Positions 1-9,697 are shown, counted from the first letter of the stretch. The stretch: DNA of 64,000 nucleotides from Candidatus Thorarchaeota archaeon (GCA_048882485.1 JBHLRP010000011.1:1-64000); one strand, 5' to 3'. Notes: generated by a model from the sequence alone, not told the origin. Translations and numbers: made by a program.

Positions 1-12
1 TACTACGAGTAA

Positions 13-657
13 TCACACTTTCACAGCTATTGTGCAGCCCTCACCAATGGGTAAGAGAGTACTAAACACTCCTGATGTCAGAATCTTCTTGTTGAAATCA
101 TGGATTGCTCTATAGGAATCAGTCCATTCACTTTTCTCTCTTATCACTGGAAAGAGAGTGTCATCTATGAGAAAGAGTCCTCCCTTCTTCAAGACTCTTA
201 CACAATCCTCCAACATGACAGGATAGAGCCTCTTAGATGCGTCTTGAAATACAACATCGAATGATTCTGACTCAAACCCTTTGATAATCTCACTTGCATC
301 TCCAATCCTAATATCAATGATATCATCCACATTGTAATGTTTGAATGCTTTCTTCGCTGTTGGAATTATGTTCTCGTTAATCTCCAATGCGGTGACTCTC
401 CCGCCATGGTCTTTGACAGCAAGTGCCATTGATGTTGTTGAATACCCAACGCTCATCCCAATCTCAAGGATTTTTTTAGGTTTGGTCAATTTGAGAAGAA
501 GCTTGAAGAGATGAGCCATCTCATCTTCAATCACAGGCTCAAATTCTTTGACACCGAGAAACTCAACATATTCGTTCACTGTGGGGCTGTATGCTTCATT
601 ATATAGCTCTGCAATATACGACAGTGCATCCCCTAGATCAAAATATACTTCGGGCAT
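13..657 (-). CDS. SAM-dependent O-methyltransferase (YrrM/TrmR/CCoAOMT-like)
   Basis: Motif I ILEIGMSVGYST, FDVVFQDA, LKKGGLFLIDD. Confidence 0.85.
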   Translation of the reverse strand: MPEVYFDLGDALSYIAELYNEAYSPTVNEYVEFLGVKEFEPVIEDEMAHLFKLLLKLTKPKKILEIGMSVGYSTTSMALAVKDHGGRVTALEINENIIPTAKKAFKHYNVDDIIDIRIGDASEIIKGFESESFDVVFQDASKRLYPVMLEDCVRVLKKGGLFLIDDTLFPVIREKSEWTDSYRAIHDFNKKILTSGVFSTLLPIGEGCTIAVKV

Positions 658-715
658 ACTTGACGATTAATTATTCTGGCAATATGCCTATAGATAGTTG
701 CAGGAAACTCCAACT

Positions 716-1555
716 CTAATGCTTGTGACTACGCGTCCAGTAATCCTTGCCTGCAATCGCTTTCTCTTCATCCATCTCTGCAAGAATTCGTACAGCTTCA
801 TTGCCGCACGCAATTACATCCTCTTCTCCTGCGACCGCAAACCTATCCTTGACACGATTAGCATAGACTGCGCACACAGCACCTGACCTGAAGCCAAAGA
901 TGTTTGCCAGGGTGAAGATAGTAGCGGCCTCCATCTCGAAGTTCGCCACATTCGCCTTCTGGAGGTCGTCAATCAGAGTTTCGCTGAAGCTTTGTGTGTA
1001 GCCATTGAATCCTGGTCGAGACTGCCCGAGATAGAAGGAATCTGTTGATGCCGATACTCCCAGGTGATACTTGAATCCTAGAGTGTCAGCCGCTTCCACG
1101 AGAGCTATGACAACTTCGTATGATGCAATAGCTGGGTATTCCGGTCTTACGTATTGCTTGCTGGTGCCTTCTAATCTGACAGCTCCAATAGAGATGATTA
1201 AATCACCAATCTCTATCTCCTCTTTTAGAGCGGCACATGAACCCACACGGATGAAGTTCTTCGCTCCCACATTCGCTAGTTCCTCAACTGCGATTGCGGT
1301 GCCTGGGCCGCCAATTCCAGTTGAACAAGCAGAGATTGGTGTGCCCTTGAATAGCCCTGTGTGGGTTACATATTGCCTGTGTGCGGCAACCTCCTGAAAT
1401 GAGTCCCATTTTGAGCTGATCTTTGCCACGCGCTGGGGGTCTCCCGGAAGCAGAACTGTTTCTGCAATCTCTCCAGGCTTTACTTCAATATGATATTGCT
1501 CTCGCTCAGCGGTTTCAGGTCTACGTGCAGAAACTGTATCTCTCGGCATCGCCAT
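716..1555 (-). CDS. udp: Uridine phosphorylase (PNP/UDP family)
   Basis: QYHI, LLPGDPQRV, STGIGGP, RVGSC, SASTDSFY.GQ.R, NFEMEAA. Confidence 0.9.
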   Translation of the reverse strand: MAMPRDTVSARRPETAEREQYHIEVKPGEIAETVLLPGDPQRVAKISSKWDSFQEVAAHRQYVTHTGLFKGTPISACSTGIGGPGTAIAVEELANVGAKNFIRVGSCAALKEEIEIGDLIISIGAVRLEGTSKQYVRPEYPAIASYEVVIALVEAADTLGFKYHLGVSASTDSFYLGQSRPGFNGYTQSFSETLIDDLQKANVANFEMEAATIFTLANIFGFRSGAVCAVYANRVKDRFAVAGEEDVIACGNEAVRILAEMDEEKAIAGKDYWTRSHKH

Positions 1556-1766
1556 CCCTTCTGGTTCATCATTACTAGGCTATTTGAGTTTCGGGCATTC
1601 CGGCATATGGTTTGCACTACCAACAAACTATTATACGTTCATAGAATATTTGCGCTTCGTTGTGGACAGGGTCTCCGAAACACCTATTACGAAAGCGAAA
1701 GGGGCCCATTCCTGTCAGAGGGCTATTCACACCCTCATGATAATCTGGAAACGGAGCGAGAAGAGA

Positions 1767-2915
1767 TTGGTTGAAACCACCATTAGCGTAATCAAAGCCG
1801 ATATTGGTTCTTTGGCTGGTCATGTTGTTGTCCCTGACTTCCTACTTGAGTTCGCACGAAAGGAGCTGAAGAGGGGTGTTGAACAAAAAATCATCAACGA
1901 CTTCCATGTGACAAATGCCGGAGACGACCTTGAGTTAATCATGACACACTTCAAGGGAGAGAACAACGAAGAGGTACATCGTCTAGCCTTTGAGACCTTT
2001 CTAAAAGGTACCGAACTGGCTCGTGAGAAGAAGATCTATGCAGCCGGCCAAGACATCCTGTCAGACACATTCAGTGGTAATGTCAAGGGCATGGGACCTG
2101 GCTCTGCTGAGATGACAATTGAAGAACGAAGGTCTGAGCCATTCGCAATATTCATGGCTGACAAGACTGAGCCAGGTGCGTTCAATCTGCCTCTGTTTAA
2201 GATATTCGCCGATCCGTTCAACACTGCTGGACTCGTCATCGACCCGAACCTTCACGATGGATTCACCTTCGTGATCCAAGATATCATGAAGGAGGTCCCT
2301 TGTTTCGTTGATATGAAATGTCCTGAAGAGATGTACGACTTGCTGGCTCTCATTGGCAGCACCGGGATATTTACCATAAAGAAGATCTATCGAGCAGATG
2401 GCATGGTCTGTGCCTCGGTCAGCACAGACAAGCTTCATGCTGTTGCAGGGAAATACGTCGGAAAAGATGACCCTGTTGCCATTATCAGAGCACATTCAGG
2501 TCTGCCAGCTATGGGCGAGGTGCTGGAGGCATTCACAATTCCACATCTTGTCGCCGGATGGATGCGCGGTTCACACGCTGGCCCTCTTCTTCCAGTGGCT
2601 CTAGAGGACTCACGATGCACCAGGTTTGATGGTCCGCCTCGTGTAGTCGGGCTGGGCTTCCAGATTTCAAACGGAATGCTCGTCGGTCCAGTGGATCTCT
2701 TCGACGATGTTGCATTTGACATCACTCGCCAACGCGGAATGGAGATTGCGGACTACCTTCGTCAGCATGGCCCATTTGAATTCCACAGACTGTCATCAGA
2801 TCGGATGGAGTACAGCACTCTGCCGAAGGTGCTTGACAAGTGCGGCACTCGTTTCACTGAAGAAGAGATAATTCCAACTGGCAAAGCCAAGGACACTTCT
2901 GATTCTGCAGAGTAG
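1767..2915 (+). CDS. fbp: Bifunctional fructose-1,6-bisphosphate aldolase/phosphatase (FBPase class V)
   Basis: ISVIKADIGSLAGH, GDDLELIMTH, DKTEPGAFN, GKYVGKDDP, GWMRGSH, RFDGPPRV; likely TTG start at 1767 (ORF track extends it to 1584). Confidence 0.95.
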   Translation: MVETTISVIKADIGSLAGHVVVPDFLLEFARKELKRGVEQKIINDFHVTNAGDDLELIMTHFKGENNEEVHRLAFETFLKGTELAREKKIYAAGQDILSDTFSGNVKGMGPGSAEMTIEERRSEPFAIFMADKTEPGAFNLPLFKIFADPFNTAGLVIDPNLHDGFTFVIQDIMKEVPCFVDMKCPEEMYDLLALIGSTGIFTIKKIYRADGMVCASVSTDKLHAVAGKYVGKDDPVAIIRAHSGLPAMGEVLEAFTIPHLVAGWMRGSHAGPLLPVALEDSRCTRFDGPPRVVGLGFQISNGMLVGPVDLFDDVAFDITRQRGMEIADYLRQHGPFEFHRLSSDRMEYSTLPKVLDKCGTRFTEEEIIPTGKAKDTSDSAE

Positions 2916-2916
2916 A

Positions 2917-2948
2917 TGCGGGACTGCAATCCCGCAATCTCTTTGTTT
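2917..2948 (+). terminator. Hairpin plus T-rich tract between convergent fbp and parvulin genes
   Basis: tgcggga-ctgcaa-tcccgca followed by atctctttgttt. Confidence 0.5.
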
Positions 2949-2956
2949 CCCAATAG

Positions 2957-3271
2957 CTAGCCAGTTCTCTTTATGATATGGTAACCAAACTCGGGCTTGA
3001 CCGGATCTGTAGTCATAGCACCTACATTGAGCGCAAAGACTGCCCTTTCAAACTCCTTCACCATCTCGCCTCGGCCAAAGCAACCAAGGTCACCGCCGCG
3101 TTTCTTTGATGAACAATCGCTGTACTCTCTGCAGAGAGCAGCGAAGTCTTCTCCCTCTCTGATTCTGCTGATTATCTCAAGTGCCTGGCTATGTTTCTTG
3201 ACCAAAATATGACTGGCACATACCTTACCCCCGCCGCCCTTCTCCTTTTTGGCTTTACTCTTCTTGCCCAT
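2957..3271 (-). CDS. Parvulin-type peptidyl-prolyl cis-trans isomerase
   Basis: SHILVK, GGDLGCFGRGEMVKEFE, FGYHII; Lys/Gly-rich N-terminal extension. Confidence 0.92.
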   Translation of the reverse strand: MGKKSKAKKEKGGGGKVCASHILVKKHSQALEIISRIREGEDFAALCREYSDCSSKKRGGDLGCFGRGEMVKEFERAVFALNVGAMTTDPVKPEFGYHIIKRTG

Positions 3272-3392
3272 GGGTGACACCATGGCAAGTCACGCAGAAC
3301 ATCGCAATAAGCACTGCGATACTGGATGTACTATAACACAGGATTTTAGACCAATCCACTCTCACTGCAATCCAGATTTGAGGAGAGATCAG

Positions 3393-4436
3393 ATGAAAGC
3401 CACAGTATTCAATGAACATGGACCCCCAGATGTGCTCAAGTACGTCACAGACTTTCCAAAGCCGAATGTTGGACCTGATCAGGTTATGATTGAGGTCAAG
3501 GCTGTTGCCTTGAATCACCTTGACCTATTCACCCGTGCAGGGATTCCTGGTCTGAGTCTTGAAATGCCTCACATTCTAGGAAGTGACATCTCTGGTGTCA
3601 TATCTGAGAAGGGATCTGACGTTTCAGATGGTCTAGAGGTCGGTACACGGGTGGTTATCGACCCGGGTGTATCCTGCGGTGTCTGTGAGTACTGTGCATT
3701 AGGCGAAGAATCACTATGTTCCACGTACGGAATCCTTGGCGAGCATCATCCAGGAGGCTATAGAGAGTTCATGGCAATTGATGCTCACAAGGTCATACCG
3801 ATTCCTACAGATAGCGAACTTAGCTTTGAAGAGGCCGCTGCAGTTCCTCTCACATTCATGACTGCATGGAGGATGCTCAAGACAAGAGCTCGTTTGAAAG
3901 CAGGTGAGGATGTATTGATAATTGGCATTGGCGGCGGAGTAGCTGTAGCTGCATTACAGATTGCCAAAGCAACTGGTGCTCGAGTTTTCGTCACCAGCTC
4001 TTCCAATGACAAACTGGATAAAGCCCGCCACCTAGGGGCTGACTTTCTGATTAACCACACAGAAACGCCAGACTATCACAGAGAAATATGGAAACTTACA
4101 GAGAGGCGAGGTGTTGATGTGGTTATCGACTCAGTTGGCGAGGCAACTTGGGCACGGAGTCTTCGCAGCCTTCGCAAAGGCGGACGACTGGTGACCTGTG
4201 GAGCTACTTCTGGCCCTAATGCAGTGACAAATGTCAATCTAGTGTTTTGGAAGCAACTAGAGATATTGGGGTCTACTATGGCCAGCAGGTCAGAACTGGA
4301 AGAAGTTCTTCAACTAGTGTGGGATAGACAGCTCAAACCCATTGTGGACCGGATTCTACCTCTCTCTTTGGCAAAAGAGGCCCATGAGATTCTGGAACGC
4401 GGAGATCAATTCGGAAAGATTGTTCTCACACCGTAG
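3393..4436 (+). CDS. Zn-binding MDR-family alcohol dehydrogenase / quinone oxidoreductase-like
   Basis: Structural-Zn motif CGVCEYC..C, GxGGGV nucleotide motif, LNHLD instead of catalytic Cys; start ATG 3393 after GAGGAG. Confidence 0.85.
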   Translation: MKATVFNEHGPPDVLKYVTDFPKPNVGPDQVMIEVKAVALNHLDLFTRAGIPGLSLEMPHILGSDISGVISEKGSDVSDGLEVGTRVVIDPGVSCGVCEYCALGEESLCSTYGILGEHHPGGYREFMAIDAHKVIPIPTDSELSFEEAAAVPLTFMTAWRMLKTRARLKAGEDVLIIGIGGGVAVAALQIAKATGARVFVTSSSNDKLDKARHLGADFLINHTETPDYHREIWKLTERRGVDVVIDSVGEATWARSLRSLRKGGRLVTCGATSGPNAVTNVNLVFWKQLEILGSTMASRSELEEVLQLVWDRQLKPIVDRILPLSLAKEAHEILERGDQFGKIVLTP

Positions 4437-4539
4437 GATGCCGCCTCGAGTTTCAATAGAGAGCGAGTAATACCGTGGTGTCAATCTGGAAATGACACGC
4501 TTTCATTAGCGTGTTTGCTACTCCATTGATTGGTCAAGA

Positions 4540-4770
4540 ATGAAAGTAGTAACGATTTGCCTCCCTGAGTCTTATGTTGATGGTCTGGACAAGCTCATTG
4601 GACAGAGCAAATACCCTAACCGTTCTGAAGTAATCAGGATTGCCATTCGAGACCTCCTCGTGGATGAGTTATGGGGCAACCGAACACCATCCAATTCTGT
4701 TCCGCTTATTGCTCAGCTTCAGGAATTGGCCTCTACACCAAAAATACCTCCTGTTGAGCCATCAGCGTAG
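4540..4770 (+). CDS. Ribbon-helix-helix (CopG/MetJ-like) transcriptional regulator
   Basis: MKVVTICLP..LDKL...YPNRSEVIRIAIRDLL. Confidence 0.85.
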   Translation: MKVVTICLPESYVDGLDKLIGQSKYPNRSEVIRIAIRDLLVDELWGNRTPSNSVPLIAQLQELASTPKIPPVEPSA

Positions 4771-4894
4771 TTGTACAGTCAAATTACCTTTTTCTGCAAT
4801 TGCTGTCATTCGAGGTCTGTCGACTGAATCGGACTATGTTTGGAATACTTCGCCATTCTAAAATGTCGACCTTTGAAAGGAGACCGTGTGCAAG

Positions 4895-5482
4895 ATGGAT
4901 AGAATCAAGAAACTACTTGGTCGTGACGAAGAGAAAGAGGAGGCACAAGCTGAAGAAGCTCCAGCAGTTGATGAAGCTGCTCCAGAAGCAAAACCTGCTG
5001 AAGCTTCAGAGGAGGCTGCTGAAGCAGCTGAGCCTGAAATCGAGGTTGAGCCGGATGAGCCCTTCCCAGAAGACGAAGCCGCCACAATTCCACATCATTC
5101 GGAGATTACAGACCGACTGAAGTATATGTTTCAAGATGCTAACATCGCCGCAAATATCGAGGGCCCTGATGAGTTTACAATTGAATTCATGGCTATGGGT
5201 GAACGATTCAATTTCATCAAGGAGGCTCGAGGTGAAATCAAATTCGGAACAGGGACTGCTCCTGATGAAGATGTCTTCATTCGCATTTCAAACGATGCAG
5301 TGGCGGAACTGTTGAGTGCGCCTAATTTCGAAGATTTTAGGCAAATCTATATGAAATATTACAGAAATCCAGAGGCTGGCAAATTCGTAAAAATTGAACT
5401 TCGCAAGGACCTTGTCTGGATGAACCGTCAGGGATATGCTAGAGTTCCGCTTTTGAAGCTCCTTGTGGGGCAAGTCCGCTAG
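4895..5482 (+). CDS. Hypothetical protein: acidic Glu/Ala/Pro-rich N-terminus and a possible SCP2-like domain
   Basis: Low-complexity aa ~10-60; C-terminal pattern F.I.F....F.F....GEI..G.G...D.DV.I.IS.DA..ELL. Confidence 0.6.
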   Translation: MDRIKKLLGRDEEKEEAQAEEAPAVDEAAPEAKPAEASEEAAEAAEPEIEVEPDEPFPEDEAATIPHHSEITDRLKYMFQDANIAANIEGPDEFTIEFMAMGERFNFIKEARGEIKFGTGTAPDEDVFIRISNDAVAELLSAPNFEDFRQIYMKYYRNPEAGKFVKIELRKDLVWMNRQGYARVPLLKLLVGQVR

Positions 5483-5575
5483 ATTTCGCGATGAGCAATA
5501 CAACTTATTAGCCGCTACGCCACGAAGACCCTGCCTGCGTCGCTATTGAAGCGGAAACCGGCAGGATAGTACAAA

Positions 5576-6259
5576 ATGCCAGCGATAGATCTACCTGTTA
5601 TTGCCATAAATTTCAAGACCTACCCACAAGCCACTGGAGAAAAGGCAGTATTACTCGCGCAGACTTGTGAGAAGGTGTCAAAGGAGTATGGAGTTTCAGT
5701 TGTCGTTTGCCCTCAGATACCCGACCTATATAGAGTCAGCCGGACGGTCGATATTCCAGTATTCTCACAGCATATGGATCCTGGAGACCCTGGTCGTTTC
5801 ACAGGACATGTCATTGGAGAAACCCTAGTTGATGCAGGATGCGCTGGAACTCTGCTCAATCATTCAGAGAATAGAATGAGGCTTGCGGACATTGAGGATG
5901 CTGTTAGGCGTGCCGAGCACCTCAATCTCTACACCATTGTCTGTACAAACAATCCATTGGTTAGTGTTGCAGCAGCTTCGCTCAACCCAAATGCCATTGC
6001 TGTAGAGCCTCCGGAGTTGATTGGGTCCGGGATATCAGTATCCCAAGCTCAGCCTGAAGTCATTTCAGGTACTGTTGAAAGAATTCGTGCGGTAAACAAG
6101 GAAGTCATCATTCTTTGTGGAGCTGGAATTGGGACTGGCGACGATGTAAAGGCTGCAATCAAGCTTGGCTCTCAAGGCGTTCTTCTTGCTTCAGCTGTTG
6201 CCAAATCAGACAAGCCTGAAGATGTGCTGAAAGACCTGATCAAACCGATTAGAGATTAG
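5576..6259 (+). CDS. tpiA: Triosephosphate isomerase (archaeal type)
   Basis: INFKTY, LLNHSE, AVEPPELIG, LCGAGI, GVLLAS. Confidence 0.96.
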   Translation: MPAIDLPVIAINFKTYPQATGEKAVLLAQTCEKVSKEYGVSVVVCPQIPDLYRVSRTVDIPVFSQHMDPGDPGRFTGHVIGETLVDAGCAGTLLNHSENRMRLADIEDAVRRAEHLNLYTIVCTNNPLVSVAAASLNPNAIAVEPPELIGSGISVSQAQPEVISGTVERIRAVNKEVIILCGAGIGTGDDVKAAIKLGSQGVLLASAVAKSDKPEDVLKDLIKPIRD

Positions 6260-6314
6260 TCCATTCCGGTTCATTTTTCACAGTAGTTCCTACCGGAGGA
6301 TTCGGCGATTATAG

Positions 6315-7196
6315 GTGAAGGTGACACTAGAATGCGCGCACTGCCTGCTTGAAAGAGCGATAAATCAAATCACGCTAGCAACTGATGACAAAGAAACACG
6401 AATGAATGTGACTGCGGCTATGCTTGATTTTCTCAGTAAAAGCTTCAATATGGATGCGGTGCCCAGCCACATCGGCACAGATCGTGATCTCTTGGTCCAA
6501 GAGATGACAGGCAGAGACCCGTATGAAGAGCTCAAACGCGTTTCAAATGCCATAGCACTGGACATCCTACCAGAGCTGAGGCAGCTATTGGATGAATCTC
6601 CCAATTCCGAAAGTCGATTCAGGAGAGCTACACTCATCGCGGCTGCAGCCAATGCAATCGAGTTTGATGTTTCAGGTCGAGAATTCGACTTGGAAGAGCT
6701 TCGCGGAATCATCGAAAACGTGGAATCTGATCTTGCGATTGATGAGGTCGATGAATTCCTGAAACTATGCCGTGAAAAAAAGGAGGTTCTGTACCTGCTT
6801 GATAATGCGGGAGAAATTGTTTTGGATATGATTCTGATTTCTGAACTCAAGAAGCTTGGATTGAGGGTGGTTGCAGTGGTAAAGGGAGGCCCTGTTCTGA
6901 ACGATGCGACAATGATTGATGCCAAAGACGTCGGTCTAGACAATTGTGCAGACGAGGTCATCCATACTGGTGCCGCTGCAATCGGAGTAAATCTTGAAAG
7001 GAACTCGAAAGAGTTCCTAGAAGTCTTTAACAGGGCAGAACTGATAGTCGCCAAGGGGATGGGCAATTTCGAGTCATTGACAGAACTGAATCCTCACTGC
7101 CCAATTGTGCATATTCTAAGAACGAAGTGTCCGCCAGTGGCTCAACACATAGGTACCGGTCTCAATCAGAATGTCATTCTTGTGAGGAAGCCTTGA
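6315..7196 (+). CDS. DUF89/ARMT1-like damage-control metal-dependent phosphatase
   Basis: N-terminal CxxC, DPY..K, YLLDNAGE, LNDAT, AKGMGNFE. Confidence 0.9.
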   Translation: MKVTLECAHCLLERAINQITLATDDKETRMNVTAAMLDFLSKSFNMDAVPSHIGTDRDLLVQEMTGRDPYEELKRVSNAIALDILPELRQLLDESPNSESRFRRATLIAAAANAIEFDVSGREFDLEELRGIIENVESDLAIDEVDEFLKLCREKKEVLYLLDNAGEIVLDMILISELKKLGLRVVAVVKGGPVLNDATMIDAKDVGLDNCADEVIHTGAAAIGVNLERNSKEFLEVFNRAELIVAKGMGNFESLTELNPHCPIVHILRTKCPPVAQHIGTGLNQNVILVRKP

Positions 7197-7211
7197 AGCT
7201 TTAATTCTGCA

Positions 7212-8036
7212 CTAGCTCTTCGTGAGAATCTTTGTCACTGGCTCTGACTTTGTATAGTCAATCTTAAGGTCAGAGAACTGTAGACTAAGCTGATGCTTCA
7301 ATCGATTCATCCCTGGCTCTTCGGTGATGAATGCTCCAGCCTCGTAGACCTGCATCCCTTCCTCAGCTGCCAAAAGCCTCACTTCAGGAGACAGCTCCCC
7401 TGTGACTACTGTTGTGATGTCCTGTTTCTTTGCAGCTAGAATCTCGGGTACATCCAAGAGGCTACCGGGGAACACTAGTGTCTGGCCTACTTCTTCATCT
7501 AGATCGCCAGCAAATCTCACAGTTTCAATCCCGAGTTTCTCAGTTAGATAATCAGCGAATCGCGAATGATTCATGGGACTCTTAGGTTGACAGATTCTAC
7601 CTGCGGGAACAAGATCCTCGCTATCTCCCATGACTAAGAATTCCCCCTTCTTGTTCAATTCCAAGACTTCAACAAGGGCATCAGCTATTCCATCACGGGC
7701 GCAGATCCATGCACCACCAATCATATAGCTTGAGATGTAGTTCTTCGTCAGCAGCCTGACTCTGATCAAATCAAGGCCAGAGAGTCGATCAACTGCAAAA
7801 GGAAACAATGGCCGATGCGTCACGAGCAGATTTGTTTTGTCTTGCGTGGCTTTCGCCACTACTCTTCCTGATGGATATGTAGCTATGATGACTCTATTGA
7901 CAGTCGTTTTCTCCTGCTCTTTTTCTGTTTGAGGCCCTATCTCGACTCTAGAATGAAGACCTCCAAAGACAAGATGTGGTGGGGCAATCATCTCAAGATG
8001 TTTTACAATTGTCAATAGAGTAGTCACTCGAATCAC
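7212..8036 (-). CDS. Nif3/YqfO-like protein (degenerate metal ligands)
   Basis: LLVTHRPLF, VVTGE, EAGAFITEEPG match the Nif3 layout. Confidence 0.7.
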   Translation of the reverse strand: MIRVTTLLTIVKHLEMIAPPHLVFGGLHSRVEIGPQTEKEQEKTTVNRVIIATYPSGRVVAKATQDKTNLLVTHRPLFPFAVDRLSGLDLIRVRLLTKNYISSYMIGGAWICARDGIADALVEVLELNKKGEFLVMGDSEDLVPAGRICQPKSPMNHSRFADYLTEKLGIETVRFAGDLDEEVGQTLVFPGSLLDVPEILAAKKQDITTVVTGELSPEVRLLAAEEGMQVYEAGAFITEEPGMNRLKHQLSLQFSDLKIDYTKSEPVTKILTKS

Positions 8037-8125
8037 CTGAATAGGTTGCTAGAAACGCAACATGTTAGTTCAGAGAAGACCCCTGTCTTATTCTTTGTCA
8101 TGAGATTAGAGTCGAGGTTTCTTGT

Positions 8126-8575
8126 CTACTCCTCAAGTTCTTCGAGCTCATCGTCATCTAGAATATCATCATCATATGAGTAAAGATCCTCAAGTTCCTC
8201 ATCAATGACCTCGAGTTCTGGCTCCTCCTCTTCCTCTTCGAGAGCTTCCAGTTCTGAGTCCTCTTTGAGAACTGCCAATACTGGTTCTTCATCGATCTCT
8301 TCCAGTTCTGGTTCATCCTCAATTACTTCTAGTTCAGGTTCTTCGTCGATGACTTCCAGCTCAGGTTTCTTCCTTCTTCTTGGCTCTTTCTTCTTGGATT
8401 TGGCCTTCTCCTTCTTCTCTGTAACAACATGAGATGAGGGCTTCTTCTTGAATGCCCAGAATTCTGAACGCGCCTTGCGATGCCTACGCATTTTTCTGAA
8501 GTCTATCTGCTGCGGATTCTGGCTCTTTCTTATTCTAATCAGGTCCCGTTTCGCAGCCTTTTCCTTGTTGACCAT
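8126..8575 (-). CDS. Hypothetical bipolar (basic N-terminal, acidic C-terminal) low-complexity protein
   Basis: K/R-rich aa 1-70 followed by PELEVIDEE-type repeats. Confidence 0.6.
   Translation of the reverse strand: MVNKEKAAKRDLIRIRKSQNPQQIDFRKMRRHRKARSEFWAFKKKPSSHVVTEKKEKAKSKKKEPRRRKKPELEVIDEEPELEVIEDEPELEEIDEEPVLAVLKEDSELEALEEEEEEPELEVIDEELEDLYSYDDDILDDDELEELEE
8190..8365 (-). repeat. Imperfect ~27-bp (9-aa PELExIxEE) coding tandem repeat, about 4-6 units
   Basis: PELEVIDEE PELEVIEDE PELEEIDEE PVLAVLKED SELEALEEE..PELEVIDEE. Confidence 0.75.
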
Positions 8576-8710
8576 CAGATTCTCACCGTCGCTTCTTCAG
8601 CGTGCCCGCTGCGGCTTTTGTTATAACTGTGTCGGAGGAGCATTTCAGAAAGAGGAAGGCTTTTTGTTCCCGTATTGAATGTGGTCTACTTGGAAGAGGT
8701 AGACATTGAG

Positions 8711-9232
8711 ATGACTCCAGCACGCAAGAAGAAAACATCCAGTATTCGTGTAACGCTAGACGAAGAAACCCTGAAAAGAATAGACGCTATGGCTGGAGAG
8801 CGGGGGCGACAGAGGTTCATCAAGGAGGCTATTTTGTGGAGACTCGACCAAGAGCTTCCTCCTGTGGTGTTTGAGCTAATTAGAGATGTAGAACAGCTTC
8901 AGGAGAGGGTTGAACATCTGGAAGGAATTCGATCTACCAGTGTCTATATTGGAGGAATGAATGAAACCGTCAGGGCTCAGGTATGTCGAGATGACCTAGA
9001 CCGCAATTTAGTCGCCTACTTCCTACAACATGAGGGTGCATCCACACCAGAGCTTGCGAAGAAATTTCTCAAAGATGAAAACAAACGCAAAACAATCCAC
9101 GTACGAATCCGGAAGTTGAACGATCGATCCAAAACGGTGCTTGGAACTCGGATTCTCAGATATGAAAAGGGGGAAGTAAAGGGGAAGCGTGATGCATGGT
9201 GGCTCATCGAGCCTGACCTTGTTCGAGAATGA
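8711..9232 (+). CDS. Putative DNA-binding protein: N-terminal RHH, short coiled coil, C-terminal winged-helix-like region
   Basis: IRVTLDEETLKRID...RQRFIKEAI; ASTPELAK...TIHVRIRKLN...WWL. Confidence 0.6.
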   Translation: MTPARKKKTSSIRVTLDEETLKRIDAMAGERGRQRFIKEAILWRLDQELPPVVFELIRDVEQLQERVEHLEGIRSTSVYIGGMNETVRAQVCRDDLDRNLVAYFLQHEGASTPELAKKFLKDENKRKTIHVRIRKLNDRSKTVLGTRILRYEKGEVKGKRDAWWLIEPDLVRE

Positions 9233-9281
9233 TCTGGGTGCGGTGCAGCAAATCTAAAAAGAGCAACCAATGAGGAGTCTT

Positions 9282-9359
9282 GGGGCCGTAGTCTAGCCTG
9301 GATAAGGCACCAGCCTCCGGAGTTGGTAATCCCCGGTTCGAATCCGGGCGGTCCCGCCA
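9282..9359 (+). tRNA. tRNA-Arg(CCG), CCA encoded, no intron
   Basis: Acceptor stem GGGGCCG/CGGTCCC, anticodon arm ccagc-CT CCG GA-gttgg, T-loop GTTCGAATC, 3' GCCA. Confidence 0.95.
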
Positions 9360-9437
9360 TTACTATTTCTAGATTGAAATCGATTGGAGTTTAAATGCCC
9401 GGCTAAGGCACACCTGTCTGATGCGAGGTCGAAATCG

Positions 9438-9629
9438 ATGAGCATTTTGAAAGGCGCACGTTCTCCTCCCGAAAGGGTGGTCGAACGCTTCACGCGGTAT
9501 CTCAATGGCCCAATGGGCCGAACGGTCTTGGAAACTTTGGATGAGGGTGAGAGTTTCATTCTGCAGACATCTGAACATACAATGCGAGTCACTAAGAGGA
9601 GAGGCAGAGCCCACGTCGAGATGCTGTGA
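9438..9629 (+). CDS. Small hypothetical protein (63 aa) between the two tRNA-Arg genes
   Basis: ATG after GAGG, TTTAAA box upstream (~9390), globular-looking alpha/beta sequence. Confidence 0.55.
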   Translation: MSILKGARSPPERVVERFTRYLNGPMGRTVLETLDEGESFILQTSEHTMRVTKRRGRAHVEML

Positions 9630-9697
9630 AAATTCCATGTATAATTGCCAAGCCTCCAGCGAAGACTCTATAAGTTGAACAAGGCCCCACGGTGAAC

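Noticed and set aside
1584-1766. N-terminal extension of fbp in the ORF track (similar cases at 3249, 11626, 21378, 38714, 56959, 61445)
   Set aside because: These are upstream in-frame starts through intergenic DNA. Family homology and RBS-like motifs begin at downstream codons.
8190-8365. Possible CRISPR array
   Set aside because: The repeats are contiguous, degenerate, in-frame coding units without unique spacers, and there are no cas genes.
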